Positions 37,847 through 48,414 of a stretch of 64,000 nucleotides of DNA are shown piece after piece (within the stretch, counting starts at the first letter, position 1; each line of letters starts with the position of its first letter). The position numbers were made by a program, and so were the translations under genes. Location: the IMG/VR virus record IMGVR_UViG_3300014208_000028, positions 93,123-157,122 of that record; one strand, 5' to 3'. This DNA is from a virus. Under the pieces are notes generated by a model. That model had not been told where the DNA came from. It worked only from the letters and a program-made list of their open reading frames with translations, and did no database searches.

Positions 37847-38187
37847 TTAATCCTATCCTTAATATAACTTTTAAGTTTATTCTTATTTCCAGTATGCCAA
37901 TATTTATTAGCCGCCCTTTCCATTTGCTCTAATCTATCATAATAATCGGGATATTCTTGTAAGTGGTCACGAGAAATTTCTAAAGCAATATTAGGATCGT
38001 GCGTATGTTCCATTTCAACTTTTTTACCCATACTTAATTGTTTAGGATCAAAATCCTTATTTAACTTCCCTTCTCCTCGCCCGCCCGGAATAAAATCTAA
38101 AGTAGAAGATTTTTCACTATTTTGTTTACTATAACTAAAAGGTTTTAACTTATAAGTTAATTTATCTATTTGTTCTTTACGCTTCAC
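37843..38187 (-). CDS. Leader-bearing DUF5661-like protein
   Basis: MKRKEQIDKLT; G.KVEMEHT.D..IA.EI..DHL.E.PDYY.RL..ME. Confidence 0.7.
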   Translation of the reverse strand: MKRKEQIDKLTYKLKPFSYSKQNSEKSSTLDFIPGGRGEGKLNKDFDPKQLSMGKKVEMEHTHDPNIALEISRDHLQEYPDYYDRLEQMERAANKYWHTGNKNKLKSYIKDRIK

Positions 38188-38188
38188 A

Positions 38189-38593
38189 TTAAACTCCAGA
38201 ATTTAATCCATTACTACTTTGGCTGCGAATTTGAGATAATTCTTCGCCGGTAGTTATATCAGATTTTGTACTCGTTTCACCAGACACGTTTTCTTTATTA
38301 GTAATAATACTACCTTCCCGATCTAAACTCTTATTTAATTTATCATTTCTAATTTTATTTACTAGTTTTAATCGGCGCGATAATTTATTACTATTATTTA
38401 TTTTAACATTTTTAGGCCGCTCAGATAAAGACATTTTAGAAGTATTTATTTTACTAATATCATCTTTAATAGAATGATTTCCCTTTTCATCTGCATCTAA
38501 ATCTGAAAGTCCCTCGAAATTGTGAGTAAGCATTGTAATACTTATTTTTTCCATAATCGTCGCCAATTTTTCTATTTGTTCTATACGTTTCAT
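38189..38593 (-). CDS. Leader-bearing low-complexity protein
   Basis: MKRIEQIEKLA. Confidence 0.65.
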   Translation of the reverse strand: MKRIEQIEKLATIMEKISITMLTHNFEGLSDLDADEKGNHSIKDDISKINTSKMSLSERPKNVKINNSNKLSRRLKLVNKIRNDKLNKSLDREGSIITNKENVSGETSTKSDITTGEELSQIRSQSSNGLNSGV

Positions 38594-41500
38594 TTAACTT
38601 ACTCTCCTAGCAGTAATTCTAGCTGATTTAGCACTTATATTTCCAGCATTAGCGTTTAATCTAAAGTCTATATCTATATTATGGGCAGTAGCAGTTAAAG
38701 TAACTTTTTTAAATCCTTTAATATCTACATACTCTCCAGCATTGACTATACTACGAGTTATTTCAGGAAGAATGTCAGTAGTGTCATCTAGTTGGCATCT
38801 AACACTAGGATATCTATTAGTAGCGGTAGAAGTAACTAATACCATAATATCTATAATATAATCCCCGGCAACAGGAGGAGTAAAAGTTAAACGTAATTTT
38901 CTATTTCCAGTAGGACTAGCACTATCTACGTATGTAGTACTTGTAGTGGCTGTAACAGTTTCGTCCTCAGCATATTGCATATCTTCCCACGCAGTAGTTC
39001 CAGGTATATTTCCCAATTGAACTTTCTTTTTAGCATTAGTAGCCGCACTATCTTCTATTAACACTAAATCGGCAGCTATTGGAGTAGTTTTCTCAGTAAA
39101 ACTATTTGTATCTCCAGCCGCACGTTTTAATTGAGCATCGTCAGTAACATTAGTTAATCCTACTTGAGCTTTAGTAACTGTGTGAGGATTAGAAGTACTG
39201 CCTATATGACTATCTATAGCACTATGAGCATTAGTACCTATATTTTTAATTAAAGTATGATCTATAACTTGATTAATTATAGCCGCTCTAAGAGCTTTTT
39301 TATCGTATTTAGGAGCCGTTTCAAAATCTTCAATTAAAAAATAATCATCATCTACTAAAGTAGTTTTTTGAGCAGCATCTAAATACTGATTTCTTATATC
39401 TACTGTTATTTGAGGATTATTAGTTACGTTTCCTAATCCAACTTGAGTATTAGTCACCTCATGAGGATTATCTATAGCCGCAATATGCCATACTATAGTA
39501 GGAGCGTATGCTTGCATAGCATCTGAGAAGGTCTTATCCGCCCCGCTCATTAGCCCCGCGTTATCCGCATCAGCAACAGCTATAGGATCTGCACCCCCAG
39601 ATAAATGTCTATCTGCGTGGGTTTCTAAAGTAATACTATTTATAGTTCCTATATTAGTTATATTATTAGAATTAAAATCTAAACTTCCGCCTAAAGCCCT
39701 AGTACCGTCTGCTAATAAGTATTGGGTATGATCGTCTACATCTAAATCAGATAAACTACCATGACTTAAGGGAGATCCCCCAGCTTGTGCAGCGGTGCCA
39801 TAATTAATAAAAGGACGAACATCTATAATATCTGTTCCTTCAGTCTCAACTCCAGTTCCCTGTTTAACTATAATTTTAGCTAAGGGGATAGCAGTATCTG
39901 TTATTTTAGTCCATACAATAGCTCTAGCTTCTGCTCTAGCTGTAACCGGGTCGGCATTAGTAGTAGTTCCATATTTAATAAAGAATTTATTATCTGAGGT
40001 CATAAATATAGTATCACATCTATATTCTCCAGCGCCCATTCCAGTTAAAGTTCCAGAACTATCATAATTAGTTATGTCTAATTGAGTTTGAGCTAAACTG
40101 CGTTTAGTATTATCGTTACCTGTTCCATAATAACTATCAAAAGTTAAATCGCTGGCTGTACTAAAAGATAATAAATTATCCCCCGCCCAATAGCTGCCTT
40201 GCTCGCAATCTAATTTACGAGCAGTAGATCCTTTAGAAATAGTTAATCCAGTATTAGCTAATATTTTATGAATAGAGTTAGCATAATCACTTAATATATG
40301 GCCCGCATGAGCCGCAGGTCTATTATACGCATGTATTACATCTATAGCCCCGCTACTAGCTAATACTTTAGCTAATACTATATGTTCTACATCGCTAGGT
40401 TGAGTAGCAGAAGTGGCTACTAAACTAGTGCCTCCATTTACATATATCCAAGTAGTAGCGTCATCAGTAACGGCTACTGGAGTAGTTAATGCCCAATCTA
40501 CTCTCCACGCTTGTTCATCATCACTAGAATGTACTATTCCATGCCCCGCCGCTACAGTTACATTTAATCCAGAAACTAAAGTAACATATTTATCCGCAGA
40601 ATGTACTCCAGAACTTAGAGCATCCGATAGCCCTTGATTTATTTTTAAATATTTATTTGCATTATCTATATATCCTAATCTAATAGGACCGTAGAAATCT
40701 GTATTACCATCTTCTTCGCCCCAAAACGCGCTGAAATAATCTTCGCCGCCAGATGGTAGAGTTACTTTTTCATCGTCTGTAGTACAGGATAATATTCTTA
40801 TTGGAGCAGTTACTAATTGAGAAGTTACATTGCTTACACAATCTTCAAAAGTACTTCCATGTACGAATACTGAAGTAGCTGTAGTAGTCAATTCAGAGTT
40901 TACATGTATAGCCTCATTAGCATTTCTATATTTAGAACTAAAACTATTAAATATAGCATCATTATTTAAATTGACAATACGTTGAGTATTATCATAGTAA
41001 GCTACTCCCGCACTGCCTGATACTAAATCTAAACGACTATTATTTATATTAAAACAATATTTAATAGGATTAACACTAAACCCTACAGCAGTGGGGGCTT
41101 CTATAATATAATTAGAAATTAATATTTTAGAAGAAGTTGTGCCGGTTATTAAAGTTCCTACAGCTTGAGCAGCAGTAGACACTATTTCTAATAATTCTAT
41201 TATTATACAAATCCCACCATTATCATTTATTAGGCCATTACTACATCCGTAGAAACTAATATTTTTACCGAAGAATACTGTAGAATAATTACCGCTTTGT
41301 CTAATACAGCATTTAGTAGCTGCCGTAACCCCCATAAACGTCATGCCTTCTACCGCGCTTGCAAAATTAGCTACTACATCACAAGTTATTAAATCATTAT
41401 TAGCATCTTTAGCTATAACTATAACACTAGGGGCAGTTGTCCCGCCTTTCAACCTTACACTAGAAGGTAAAGTAAATGGGTCTTCATTATAAACTCCCGG

Positions 41501-41689
41501 CGCTATATGAATTTCGTAAGGATTGGTTGAAGTAGCTAAAGCCGCTACTGAATCAACCGCAGCTTTAATAGTAGAATAAGTTTTAGTAATAATACTATCA
41601 GTAAATTCGGGCGAGACTATAATAATATTATCAGGGCGCACTTCCCCAATAATATCTAATATATGAGGTTTTCCTAAACTAAAAGGCAT
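38594..41689 (-). CDS. Tail fibre/spike-like structural protein (1031 aa)
   Basis: Pectin-lyase-like N-terminus (TIKAAVD...IHIAPGVY.E), HADRH..GGADPI, repeated NPH.VT..QVGL.NV. Confidence 0.65.
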   Translation of the reverse strand: MPFSLGKPHILDIIGEVRPDNIIIVSPEFTDSIITKTYSTIKAAVDSVAALATSTNPYEIHIAPGVYNEDPFTLPSSVRLKGGTTAPSVIVIAKDANNDLITCDVVANFASAVEGMTFMGVTAATKCCIRQSGNYSTVFFGKNISFYGCSNGLINDNGGICIIIELLEIVSTAAQAVGTLITGTTSSKILISNYIIEAPTAVGFSVNPIKYCFNINNSRLDLVSGSAGVAYYDNTQRIVNLNNDAIFNSFSSKYRNANEAIHVNSELTTTATSVFVHGSTFEDCVSNVTSQLVTAPIRILSCTTDDEKVTLPSGGEDYFSAFWGEEDGNTDFYGPIRLGYIDNANKYLKINQGLSDALSSGVHSADKYVTLVSGLNVTVAAGHGIVHSSDDEQAWRVDWALTTPVAVTDDATTWIYVNGGTSLVATSATQPSDVEHIVLAKVLASSGAIDVIHAYNRPAAHAGHILSDYANSIHKILANTGLTISKGSTARKLDCEQGSYWAGDNLLSFSTASDLTFDSYYGTGNDNTKRSLAQTQLDITNYDSSGTLTGMGAGEYRCDTIFMTSDNKFFIKYGTTTNADPVTARAEARAIVWTKITDTAIPLAKIIVKQGTGVETEGTDIIDVRPFINYGTAAQAGGSPLSHGSLSDLDVDDHTQYLLADGTRALGGSLDFNSNNITNIGTINSITLETHADRHLSGGADPIAVADADNAGLMSGADKTFSDAMQAYAPTIVWHIAAIDNPHEVTNTQVGLGNVTNNPQITVDIRNQYLDAAQKTTLVDDDYFLIEDFETAPKYDKKALRAAIINQVIDHTLIKNIGTNAHSAIDSHIGSTSNPHTVTKAQVGLTNVTDDAQLKRAAGDTNSFTEKTTPIAADLVLIEDSAATNAKKKVQLGNIPGTTAWEDMQYAEDETVTATTSTTYVDSASPTGNRKLRLTFTPPVAGDYIIDIMVLVTSTATNRYPSVRCQLDDTTDILPEITRSIVNAGEYVDIKGFKKVTLTATAHNIDIDFRLNANAGNISAKSARITARRVS

Positions 41690-41700
41690 TATTAAATTCC

Positions 41701-42048
41701 TTAATAGGTAGCTATGACTTCGTAAATAGCGGAAGCATTACTTTTACCACGAACCATTAAATCATTTCCACCTACGCCGCAATTTATATTACCTTCATAA
41801 CTATCTCCAATACTTAATTCCAACCAACCTTCAGTGCCAAACTGAAATTCTAAGTTATGAGTACTATCTTCAGGACAACGGATTGTCAATTGTTTAGTAG
41901 TTCCAATTACAGGAGTTGTAGCATTTATAATAGTAATAGCAGTAGTAACTGTACCTGTTAATAATTCAGGTTTACCAGAAGGTATAGGAGAAGTAATAGT
42001 TACATTACCTCCATTTATTCCAGCCGCGCCACCAAAAAAATCTACCAT
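41701..42048 (-). CDS. Small beta-rich virion protein
   Basis: 115 aa, coupled to fibre gene. Confidence 0.55.
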   Translation of the reverse strand: MVDFFGGAAGINGGNVTITSPIPSGKPELLTGTVTTAITIINATTPVIGTTKQLTIRCPEDSTHNLEFQFGTEGWLELSIGDSYEGNINCGVGGNDLMVRGKSNASAIYEVIATY

Positions 42049-42411
42049 TTATCTATACCCCATAAACCAAACTGATACTTGATAGCTATTAGTTAAATTA
42101 CTAGCCCCAGTAACTTTAACTCTAGTCCAAGAGGCGGGTAATGCTATTCCACCAAAAGCAAAACTGGCGGGCAATGCAGGACTACCAGATAAATTATCTA
42201 CTAAATCAAACCAATGAGTCCCTTGATCAGGACTTACTTCCATTCCTACTGTTAATCCACCACTACCAGATCCAGATACTTCTATCATTAATCCGGCGTA
42301 AATAAAATCAAAAGTATTTATAATATCTGAATAAATAACTTGATCTGCTACTACCGTAGCATCATCTACAGCATGTAGCATAGTCTTTTTATTTCTGTCT
42401 ACCATCGACAT
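42049..42411 (-). CDS. Small beta-rich virion protein
   Basis: EVSPD.G..WF...W.RVKV jelly-roll-like pattern. Confidence 0.55.
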   Translation of the reverse strand: MSMVDRNKKTMLHAVDDATVVADQVIYSDIINTFDFIYAGLMIEVSGSGSGGLTVGMEVSPDQGTHWFDLVDNLSGSPALPASFAFGGIALPASWTRVKVTGASNLTNSYQVSVWFMGYR

Positions 42412-42480
42412 ACCTTATCTCCAGTGTGCCTTTAAAGGCATTATAGTTTATTTCATTATATTATAAATACTTTTAATATA

Positions 42481-43344
42481 CTACCTATAACTTATAAAAG
42501 TACTGTTACTAGGAATATTCTCATTAGTCATATCATTATTTACTTCTTTAGTAATATCCTTATTCACATCCTTTTCTATTTTTTTCTTGGACCGCGAGGA
42601 ATTAATGGCTAATAAAAGATCTAACATATTATTTTTATTATTAGTTATAAATTTAGATTTAGTAGAAATAGAAGCCTTCTTAATAGTTTCTAATTTAATA
42701 TATTTTCGATGCCCGTAAGGTATAAAAACTTCAGAATGAGGAATAGGACTTCCTGTTAATCTATTATGAATACTTACCACATTCTTATTTGGATATTTTA
42801 GAGTAGCTACAGCATCTCCATATTGAGAAGCAATATCTTTTACAGGAGAGGTATATAATCCTCTGTAGTATGCTTTAGTTTTTCCGGGATAATAGAAAAC
42901 CGCATCAGCCCTAGACATAGGACCTTTAATAGCAGAAGACAAACTAAATTTTCGCCCTCCAGAATATAGTGTTAGTAATTCATTAGCATTAGTTCCTAAT
43001 TGAGGATCTAATTCATTCATCCATCTTCTAACATGATTTAGTCCAAAAGCTTTTATTCTAGGAGAAGCATCTATTACCACAGGCCTACCTGTCTTTTTAT
43101 ATTGCTTATAATATTTTAATCTCTTCTTTAAAGGTATATCTTTATATAATCTATCTTTATATGCTTTTCTTACAGCCTTTAAAATTATTTCATCTTTAGT
43201 CGCAGAAACTCGTTTTCCTTTTTTTACTACACTTTTTACTAATCTTCCAGTACCTTCAGGCATTAATTTACTTATAATAATACTTGCTTCTTCAGAAGTG
43301 AGCACTCTACCGGCTAACTTTATTATTTGATTAACTCTTCGCAT
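42481..43344 (-). CDS. Leader-bearing protein with ADP-ribosyltransferase-like domain (paralogue of 49122..49937)
   Basis: MRRVNQIIKLA; LYSGG...GLYTSP..IA..Y...EVFIPY. Confidence 0.55.
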   Translation of the reverse strand: MRRVNQIIKLAGRVLTSEEASIIISKLMPEGTGRLVKSVVKKGKRVSATKDEIILKAVRKAYKDRLYKDIPLKKRLKYYKQYKKTGRPVVIDASPRIKAFGLNHVRRWMNELDPQLGTNANELLTLYSGGRKFSLSSAIKGPMSRADAVFYYPGKTKAYYRGLYTSPVKDIASQYGDAVATLKYPNKNVVSIHNRLTGSPIPHSEVFIPYGHRKYIKLETIKKASISTKSKFITNNKNNMLDLLLAINSSRSKKKIEKDVNKDITKEVNNDMTNENIPSNSTFISYR

Positions 43345-43378
43345 TTAATATATCTCTTAACTTTAATTTTGAAACTAT

Positions 43379-43930
43379 TTATTTTCTAGGCCAACCATGA
43401 TCTGTTGTTAATAATAATTGAGGCCCCTTCTTTTCCATTTTTTCCTCTAATGTCTGTGGACTAAACTGCCTATACTTTGCTGTATCATACATTGGATGTG
43501 TATATGCTTTTCTCGCTGCCGCTTCTCTTTTCTTAATAATAGCCTTTCTAATTTTATCTTTAGGAGCTACTTCATTTTTAGCTATATCTTTTATTACTTC
43601 TCGGCGTTGTTTAACTACTTCATTGTGTTTTTTCTGGTATTTACTAGCTCTTTCTTCAATTCTTTTTCTATGGATCTTTCCCTCTGGAGATTTTAGGTAT
43701 CCGTAGTGTGGATAAGCCATATTAATCTTTTTTGCATGACTTAATACTCTAGCTTCAGCAGATAAATTACCTACACTAAGTAATTCTGGAGTCTTTTCAT
43801 TTATCCCTTTCGCCAATCCCTTAAATACTTTAAGATTACCTTCTGCCCTTGCTTTTCGTAAAGCACGAAGTCCTGCAATAGTTCTACTCATATTTGAGGA
43901 TAATTTAATTAATTGTTCAAATCTAGACAT
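43379..43930 (-). CDS. Leader-bearing highly basic protein
   Basis: MSRFEQLIKLS. Confidence 0.65.
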   Translation of the reverse strand: MSRFEQLIKLSSNMSRTIAGLRALRKARAEGNLKVFKGLAKGINEKTPELLSVGNLSAEARVLSHAKKINMAYPHYGYLKSPEGKIHRKRIEERASKYQKKHNEVVKQRREVIKDIAKNEVAPKDKIRKAIIKKREAAARKAYTHPMYDTAKYRQFSPQTLEEKMEKKGPQLLLTTDHGWPRK

Positions 43931-44017
43931 AGTAGCTCCTTATTTTTGGCCGGGAGATGTGAGAAAATAAATCATATCTTGATTGTACTTTATTATTATA
44001 AGTACTTCAATAGTATG

Positions 44018-44042
44018 TAGATAAAAAAGGAGTATTACTCCT
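44018..44042 (-). terminator. Intrinsic terminator with ATCTA tail
   Basis: AGGAGT-AAT-ACTCCT then TTTTTATCTA. Confidence 0.75.
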
Positions 44043-44045
44043 CTA

Positions 44046-44315
44046 CTATTCCTTTATAAATAATTTTTTACATTTATCACTTCTAGCTACTAAATAATTA
44101 GATATACCGTTTCTAACTTTATTAAGCATAGAGAAATTATAAGGTAGTGTACAAGCATAATGTTCTCTTCCATCTGCGCCGCAAGAATTATCTAACCAAA
44201 AACATTCAAAGCTACATATTTGATCTGGTAACTCGTAACATACTCTTATAGTAAGAGGCTCCCTTATAGAATGCCTATTACAAATACACTCATTTAATTC
44301 TATATATAAAGACAC
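44046..44315 (-). CDS. Cys-rich hypothetical protein
   Basis: 89 aa, RBS GGAG. Confidence 0.55.
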   Translation of the reverse strand: MSLYIELNECICNRHSIREPLTIRVCYELPDQICSFECFWLDNSCGADGREHYACTLPYNFSMLNKVRNGISNYLVARSDKCKKLFIKE

Positions 44316-44342
44316 CTACTTCTCCTTTTCCATACCTCATTT

Positions 44343-44723
44343 TTATCTATCACTAGTAATCACTAATTTATCTCTTGGAATAACAGTAGCTAATTTTTCT
44401 ACTTTATCTTCATAACAATCACAGGGGCATTGAGATATTAATGTACTTATTCCATCAGCACCACGTATAAAATTTCTACCCTCACAATAACATTTTCCCC
44501 CCTCTTCCCACCAACAACGAGAATATTTTTTATATCCAATACAACAATTGGCTAAAGAAGTTATATTTTTTATATATTCACTATCATTACCGGCCACAAT
44601 ATCTTTTTCGAATGCTGAATAAGCACACGCGGCTGTCTCACAACCCAGATAATTAAATTTGCATGTTCCACATGTTTTAGTTTTATCTATACCATTATCA
44701 CTCATCTTTCTGCTCCTTCTCAT
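44343..44723 (-). CDS. Cys-rich hypothetical protein
   Basis: CGTCKF...C repeats. Confidence 0.55.
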   Translation of the reverse strand: MRRSRKMSDNGIDKTKTCGTCKFNYLGCETAACAYSAFEKDIVAGNDSEYIKNITSLANCCIGYKKYSRCWWEEGGKCYCEGRNFIRGADGISTLISQCPCDCYEDKVEKLATVIPRDKLVITSDR

Positions 44724-45378
44724 AATTTCCTCGTAAAATCCATCCGGCTACGAAAGCAGTTATTTCTAATATGGAAGAAGATACATGGATTATTCTATCT
44801 TTTACAAGTAATTGATATAAGTAGTGATTCATTCCTCTATCATATTTTTTTACATGAAGCTCGGTTCCAGGAAAATATTTATCCTCAATAAAGCCGGGGT
44901 TTAATAATGGAATCATTTTTTCCGGAATAAAAGGAGCGTTTGCTAATATTCTATTACCTAAATCTACCATTTCTGGAGGTAAAGGATTTTCTCGTATATC
45001 TTCCATTACCTTTTCACAAAACTGTTTATTTAATTCTTCCATCTTTTCCTCAGCCATTTTCATCTGCTCAGGATCAAATAGATTTTTTGATAATGCTTCC
45101 TTAAGAGAACTATCTATTATCTTTATTTGTTCGTCAATATCCTGATTTTGTCGCTGGCTACTTACATAACTATAACAAGTATAATTATGTGTTTCTCCAG
45201 TTTCGTGATCCATAAAAGCTCCTATTCCTGGAGGATACCAAAATACCGGAAGCGCATATTGATTACTTTCCTTGGTCGGAATAGGAGTATTTTCTTTATG
45301 ATAAAAACAATGTACCTTATGCACACACTTTTCATCACAAGAAGTAATAAACTTAATACTATTGCCGTTATTTGTCAT
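44698..45378 (-). CDS. Hypothetical protein (226 aa)
   Basis: Operon-coupled; N-terminal C...C.H...C. Confidence 0.65.
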   Translation of the reverse strand: MTNNGNSIKFITSCDEKCVHKVHCFYHKENTPIPTKESNQYALPVFWYPPGIGAFMDHETGETHNYTCYSYVSSQRQNQDIDEQIKIIDSSLKEALSKNLFDPEQMKMAEEKMEELNKQFCEKVMEDIRENPLPPEMVDLGNRILANAPFIPEKMIPLLNPGFIEDKYFPGTELHVKKYDRGMNHYLYQLLVKDRIIHVSSSILEITAFVAGWILRGNYEKEQKDE

Positions 45379-45381
45379 ACA

Positions 45382-45909
45382 TTAAACTCCTTTTATATCA
45401 TCCTGCTTATTTATTTCATCATAAACAGAATAAGTTTTATCCCAATCTATATTAATTTTATTGCCATCATCATCTTCAAGATTCCAAATATCTGAGCTAA
45501 CTGAAGTAACTCTAAAACAAACTCCTACAATATCGTCATTAGTAGAATTATTTTTTAAAAAATCTGCTATTGCGGGCCAATGATTTATTGCTGCTCCATG
45601 ACTAATTAACTGCCAATTATTAGTTATATCTTTTATAGCCCTTCCAAAATGCTCTTTTTTAATATAGCCATAATCACAAGTCATTAACATCATCGTCCTT
45701 AAATCAGTTGGTACTTGAGGATCTATACATAGATTCCATAACCGCGATCCACTATCATTTAACCAATGATCATATTCATGTTTTTGAGGGACATATTTGA
45801 AAAATAGATAGTCCCATAGTAAAGAAGCAAATCCCCAACTATTATGAAGAGTTTGTTTAGTTATAATTTCCTTTGATGGAAGTATTACTTTAATTTCTGA
45901 ATAACTCAT
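45382..45909 (-). CDS. Hypothetical protein (175 aa)
   Basis: AAGGAG RBS, TGTTATAG extended -10 upstream. Confidence 0.7.
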   Translation of the reverse strand: MSYSEIKVILPSKEIITKQTLHNSWGFASLLWDYLFFKYVPQKHEYDHWLNDSGSRLWNLCIDPQVPTDLRTMMLMTCDYGYIKKEHFGRAIKDITNNWQLISHGAAINHWPAIADFLKNNSTNDDIVGVCFRVTSVSSDIWNLEDDDGNKINIDWDKTYSVYDEINKQDDIKGV

Positions 45910-45995
45910 ATATATCTCCTTTTACTTTGCTATATTCTCTATAACAAAAAATAGGTATTATTTTCATAATACCTATTTAAAAAATTCGGCTAATA

Positions 45996-46259
45996 CTATT
46001 TCTTTAACTTATCTAATTCTTCTTTACTAATTAACTTAACAGTACCTATATTCATAGATAAGGTTAATATAGTAGGTATATTTTTTATATCTTCAAATAA
46101 CATTTGATCATATAATATATTTCGCTGGCCGACTTTAAAACTATTTACGCAACTTAAAGCTACTATAGAATTACTTACATCATCTTGTAAGTATATCATC
46201 ATGCTTTCATTAGATATCGGTAAATCAGGATTAGAGTTTACTAAAAATACGTTAATCAT
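45996..46259 (-). CDS. Hypothetical protein (87 aa)
   Basis: AAGGA RBS. Confidence 0.55.
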   Translation of the reverse strand: MINVFLVNSNPDLPISNESMMIYLQDDVSNSIVALSCVNSFKVGQRNILYDQMLFEDIKNIPTILTLSMNIGTVKLISKEELDKLKK

Positions 46260-46303
46260 TTATATCCTTTTAAAAAATCGGCGGGAGTAGTTAAAAAATA
46301 AAA

Positions 46304-46978
46304 TTACTTATTTTTCTTCCTCATCTTATTAATCTTATATAACCCCGCTCCTACTCCTGTAGCTCCAGCAACCCCAATACCGGCATTAACTAATCCAAAT
46401 CTATTACGCATTTTATAATAATTATGGTTCCTAGAATGAATTTTTTCGTCAAAATCTTTATCTAACTCTTTTTCTTTATTTTTCAATCCTGAATTATTTA
46501 ATTTTTCCTTTATTAATGTTCTATATTTTTCTTTAATATCATCTTCAGCCTTATCTCTACCTTCATGCAACGGATTAAGCCTATCCCACCTTTCTGTAAA
46601 ATCATCATTTCCTTTTAAAGCTTCTAATTCAACATCAATTTTTTTTCTCCATTCACCTCTCACTTTTTCTTGTGCCGTATTCATTTCCTTATTCAAAGTA
46701 TCATTTATTTCTTTTGTAACTTTTTCACTCACATGCCGATGATTTACTAACGCATTATAAGCATCATCTCCTGCCTTCGAAGTAGATATTTGTTTATTGA
46801 TATTCATTAAATTGCGTAATTTTTCATGTTCAGGATGTGCCTTTAAATAATTATATATTTTTCTAGAGGGGAGACTATGGTATGTTTTCATTATAGCTTC
46901 TTCATGTCTATTAGCCCAATTATTAATACCTTTACCGATACTAAAAGATAATTTAACTATTTGATTTTTTCTTTCCAT
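46304..46978 (-). CDS. Leader-bearing coiled-coil protein with C-terminal TM anchor (paralogue of 46953..47561)
   Basis: MERKNQIVKLS; GLVNAGIGVAGATGVGAGLYKINKMRKK. Confidence 0.7.
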   Translation of the reverse strand: MERKNQIVKLSFSIGKGINNWANRHEEAIMKTYHSLPSRKIYNYLKAHPEHEKLRNLMNINKQISTSKAGDDAYNALVNHRHVSEKVTKEINDTLNKEMNTAQEKVRGEWRKKIDVELEALKGNDDFTERWDRLNPLHEGRDKAEDDIKEKYRTLIKEKLNNSGLKNKEKELDKDFDEKIHSRNHNYYKMRNRFGLVNAGIGVAGATGVGAGLYKINKMRKKNK

Positions 46979-47561
46979 TATTTTTCCTCATCTTATTTAA
47001 CGCCAATAAACTAGCTCCTACTCCAGCAGTACCTAATAGTCCAGCGCCTAAGTTTAATTGATTAAATTTAATTTTCATATGAGAATGTGCTTTTTCGGCT
47101 TCATGAGAATTTGCCACATCTTGAGAATTTATTTTCCTATGCTTATAAGTATAATCATCCATATAATTTCTAGAATTATCAATTTTATCATGTATTAAAT
47201 TGTGTTCTTTTATTATATTATCTCTCTCATTCATCCAATCTTTAAATGACTGTCCGGGTTTCTGTTCCATAGATTTATAATCATCTGAATTATTCAATTT
47301 ATTAATCAATTTATGTATTCTATCTTCTTCTCTTTGTTCTACTCTATCTATATCTCCTTGTCTACGCATTATAGCATCATGAATTAAGTATGGAGAATTC
47401 TTTTTTTCGGTTTTCATTTCTTTTATTAATTCTTGTACCTCAGGAGAAAACTTACTCATAGCCTCTTCGTGCTTAGTAATACCCATCATATTTCTTAACC
47501 GCGAAAAACGTGGATGACTTTTAAGAAACTTATATAAAGGACGATTTGCTAGTTTAATCAT
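46953..47561 (-). CDS. Coiled-coil protein with C-terminal TM anchor and truncated leader
   Basis: MIKLA; YKFLKSHP...LRNMM shared with paralogue; GAGLLGTAGVGASLLALNKMRK. Confidence 0.7.
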   Translation of the reverse strand: MIKLANRPLYKFLKSHPRFSRLRNMMGITKHEEAMSKFSPEVQELIKEMKTEKKNSPYLIHDAIMRRQGDIDRVEQREEDRIHKLINKLNNSDDYKSMEQKPGQSFKDWMNERDNIIKEHNLIHDKIDNSRNYMDDYTYKHRKINSQDVANSHEAEKAHSHMKIKFNQLNLGAGLLGTAGVGASLLALNKMRKNNGKKKSNS

Positions 47562-47563
47562 TT

Positions 47564-47809
47564 CTATTTTATTCTACCCCATTTTTTTAATTGTTTTAAA
47601 TAGTACCTAGATTTTGAAGGTACTTCTGGATGATCACTCATTAACCTATTCATTGCTCTAGTTACTTTCCCCGTTCTAGGATTTACTTTCTCATCAACGA
47701 TAATTTTAGTTAACCAATCCTCTACTCCTTCATTTTTAGTTAATGAAGGCTTAATATAAGCTTTAGCTAACTTCTCTATCTGTTCTATCCTAGAAGCTTT
47801 TTTATCCAT
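47564..47809 (-). CDS. Leader-bearing small basic protein
   Basis: MDKKASRIEQIEKLA. Confidence 0.65.
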   Translation of the reverse strand: MDKKASRIEQIEKLAKAYIKPSLTKNEGVEDWLTKIIVDEKVNPRTGKVTRAMNRLMSDHPEVPSKSRYYLKQLKKWGRIK

Positions 47810-47821
47810 AACTCTCCCCCC

Positions 47822-48367
47822 CTATTCGTACTCTAAACCAATAGACTTAATTTTTTTATCTTTAATTAATTTATTCATATGAGTAATTAACGCTTTTCCA
47901 TACCTATCTACATCTTGTTTATTTTTCTTAATATTTTCAGGAGTAGTAGGAAGAGATCCCCAAGTTTCCTTTCCTTTCATTCCTAATAGTTTACGTATAG
48001 TCCCCGGCTCTTTAGTAATTTTTCCATACCCACCATAATTAAAATTCTTATCATCTGACATATATTTTTTATGAGCCTCTACGTATTCTTTTAATGCTTG
48101 TTTAGCCTCTTTTTTAGATAAAAATTTTCCGCTCGATTTATCTCCATATACGTGATCGGAAGTAAATCTATCAAAATTTTTTCCGTAATTGATAGTCATA
48201 TTGTCATTATATTTATAATTAGTATCTTTGCTACTAACCCTTCTATTATAATAATAGTCATCGTCAAATTTAGACATTCTTTTAAATGCTTTTTTAGGAT
48301 TATCGGGATATCCATGAGCATCCCATCCTACCCCGGCTAATTTAGCTATCCGTTCTATCCTATTCAT
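47822..48367 (-). CDS. Leader-bearing basic protein
   Basis: MNRIERIAKLA; AAGGAG RBS. Confidence 0.7.
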   Translation of the reverse strand: MNRIERIAKLAGVGWDAHGYPDNPKKAFKRMSKFDDDYYYNRRVSSKDTNYKYNDNMTINYGKNFDRFTSDHVYGDKSSGKFLSKKEAKQALKEYVEAHKKYMSDDKNFNYGGYGKITKEPGTIRKLLGMKGKETWGSLPTTPENIKKNKQDVDRYGKALITHMNKLIKDKKIKSIGLEYE

Positions 48368-48414
48368 TTTAACTCCTTATAAAAATCAAGGTGTAAAATT
48401 ATTTCTCACCCTTT

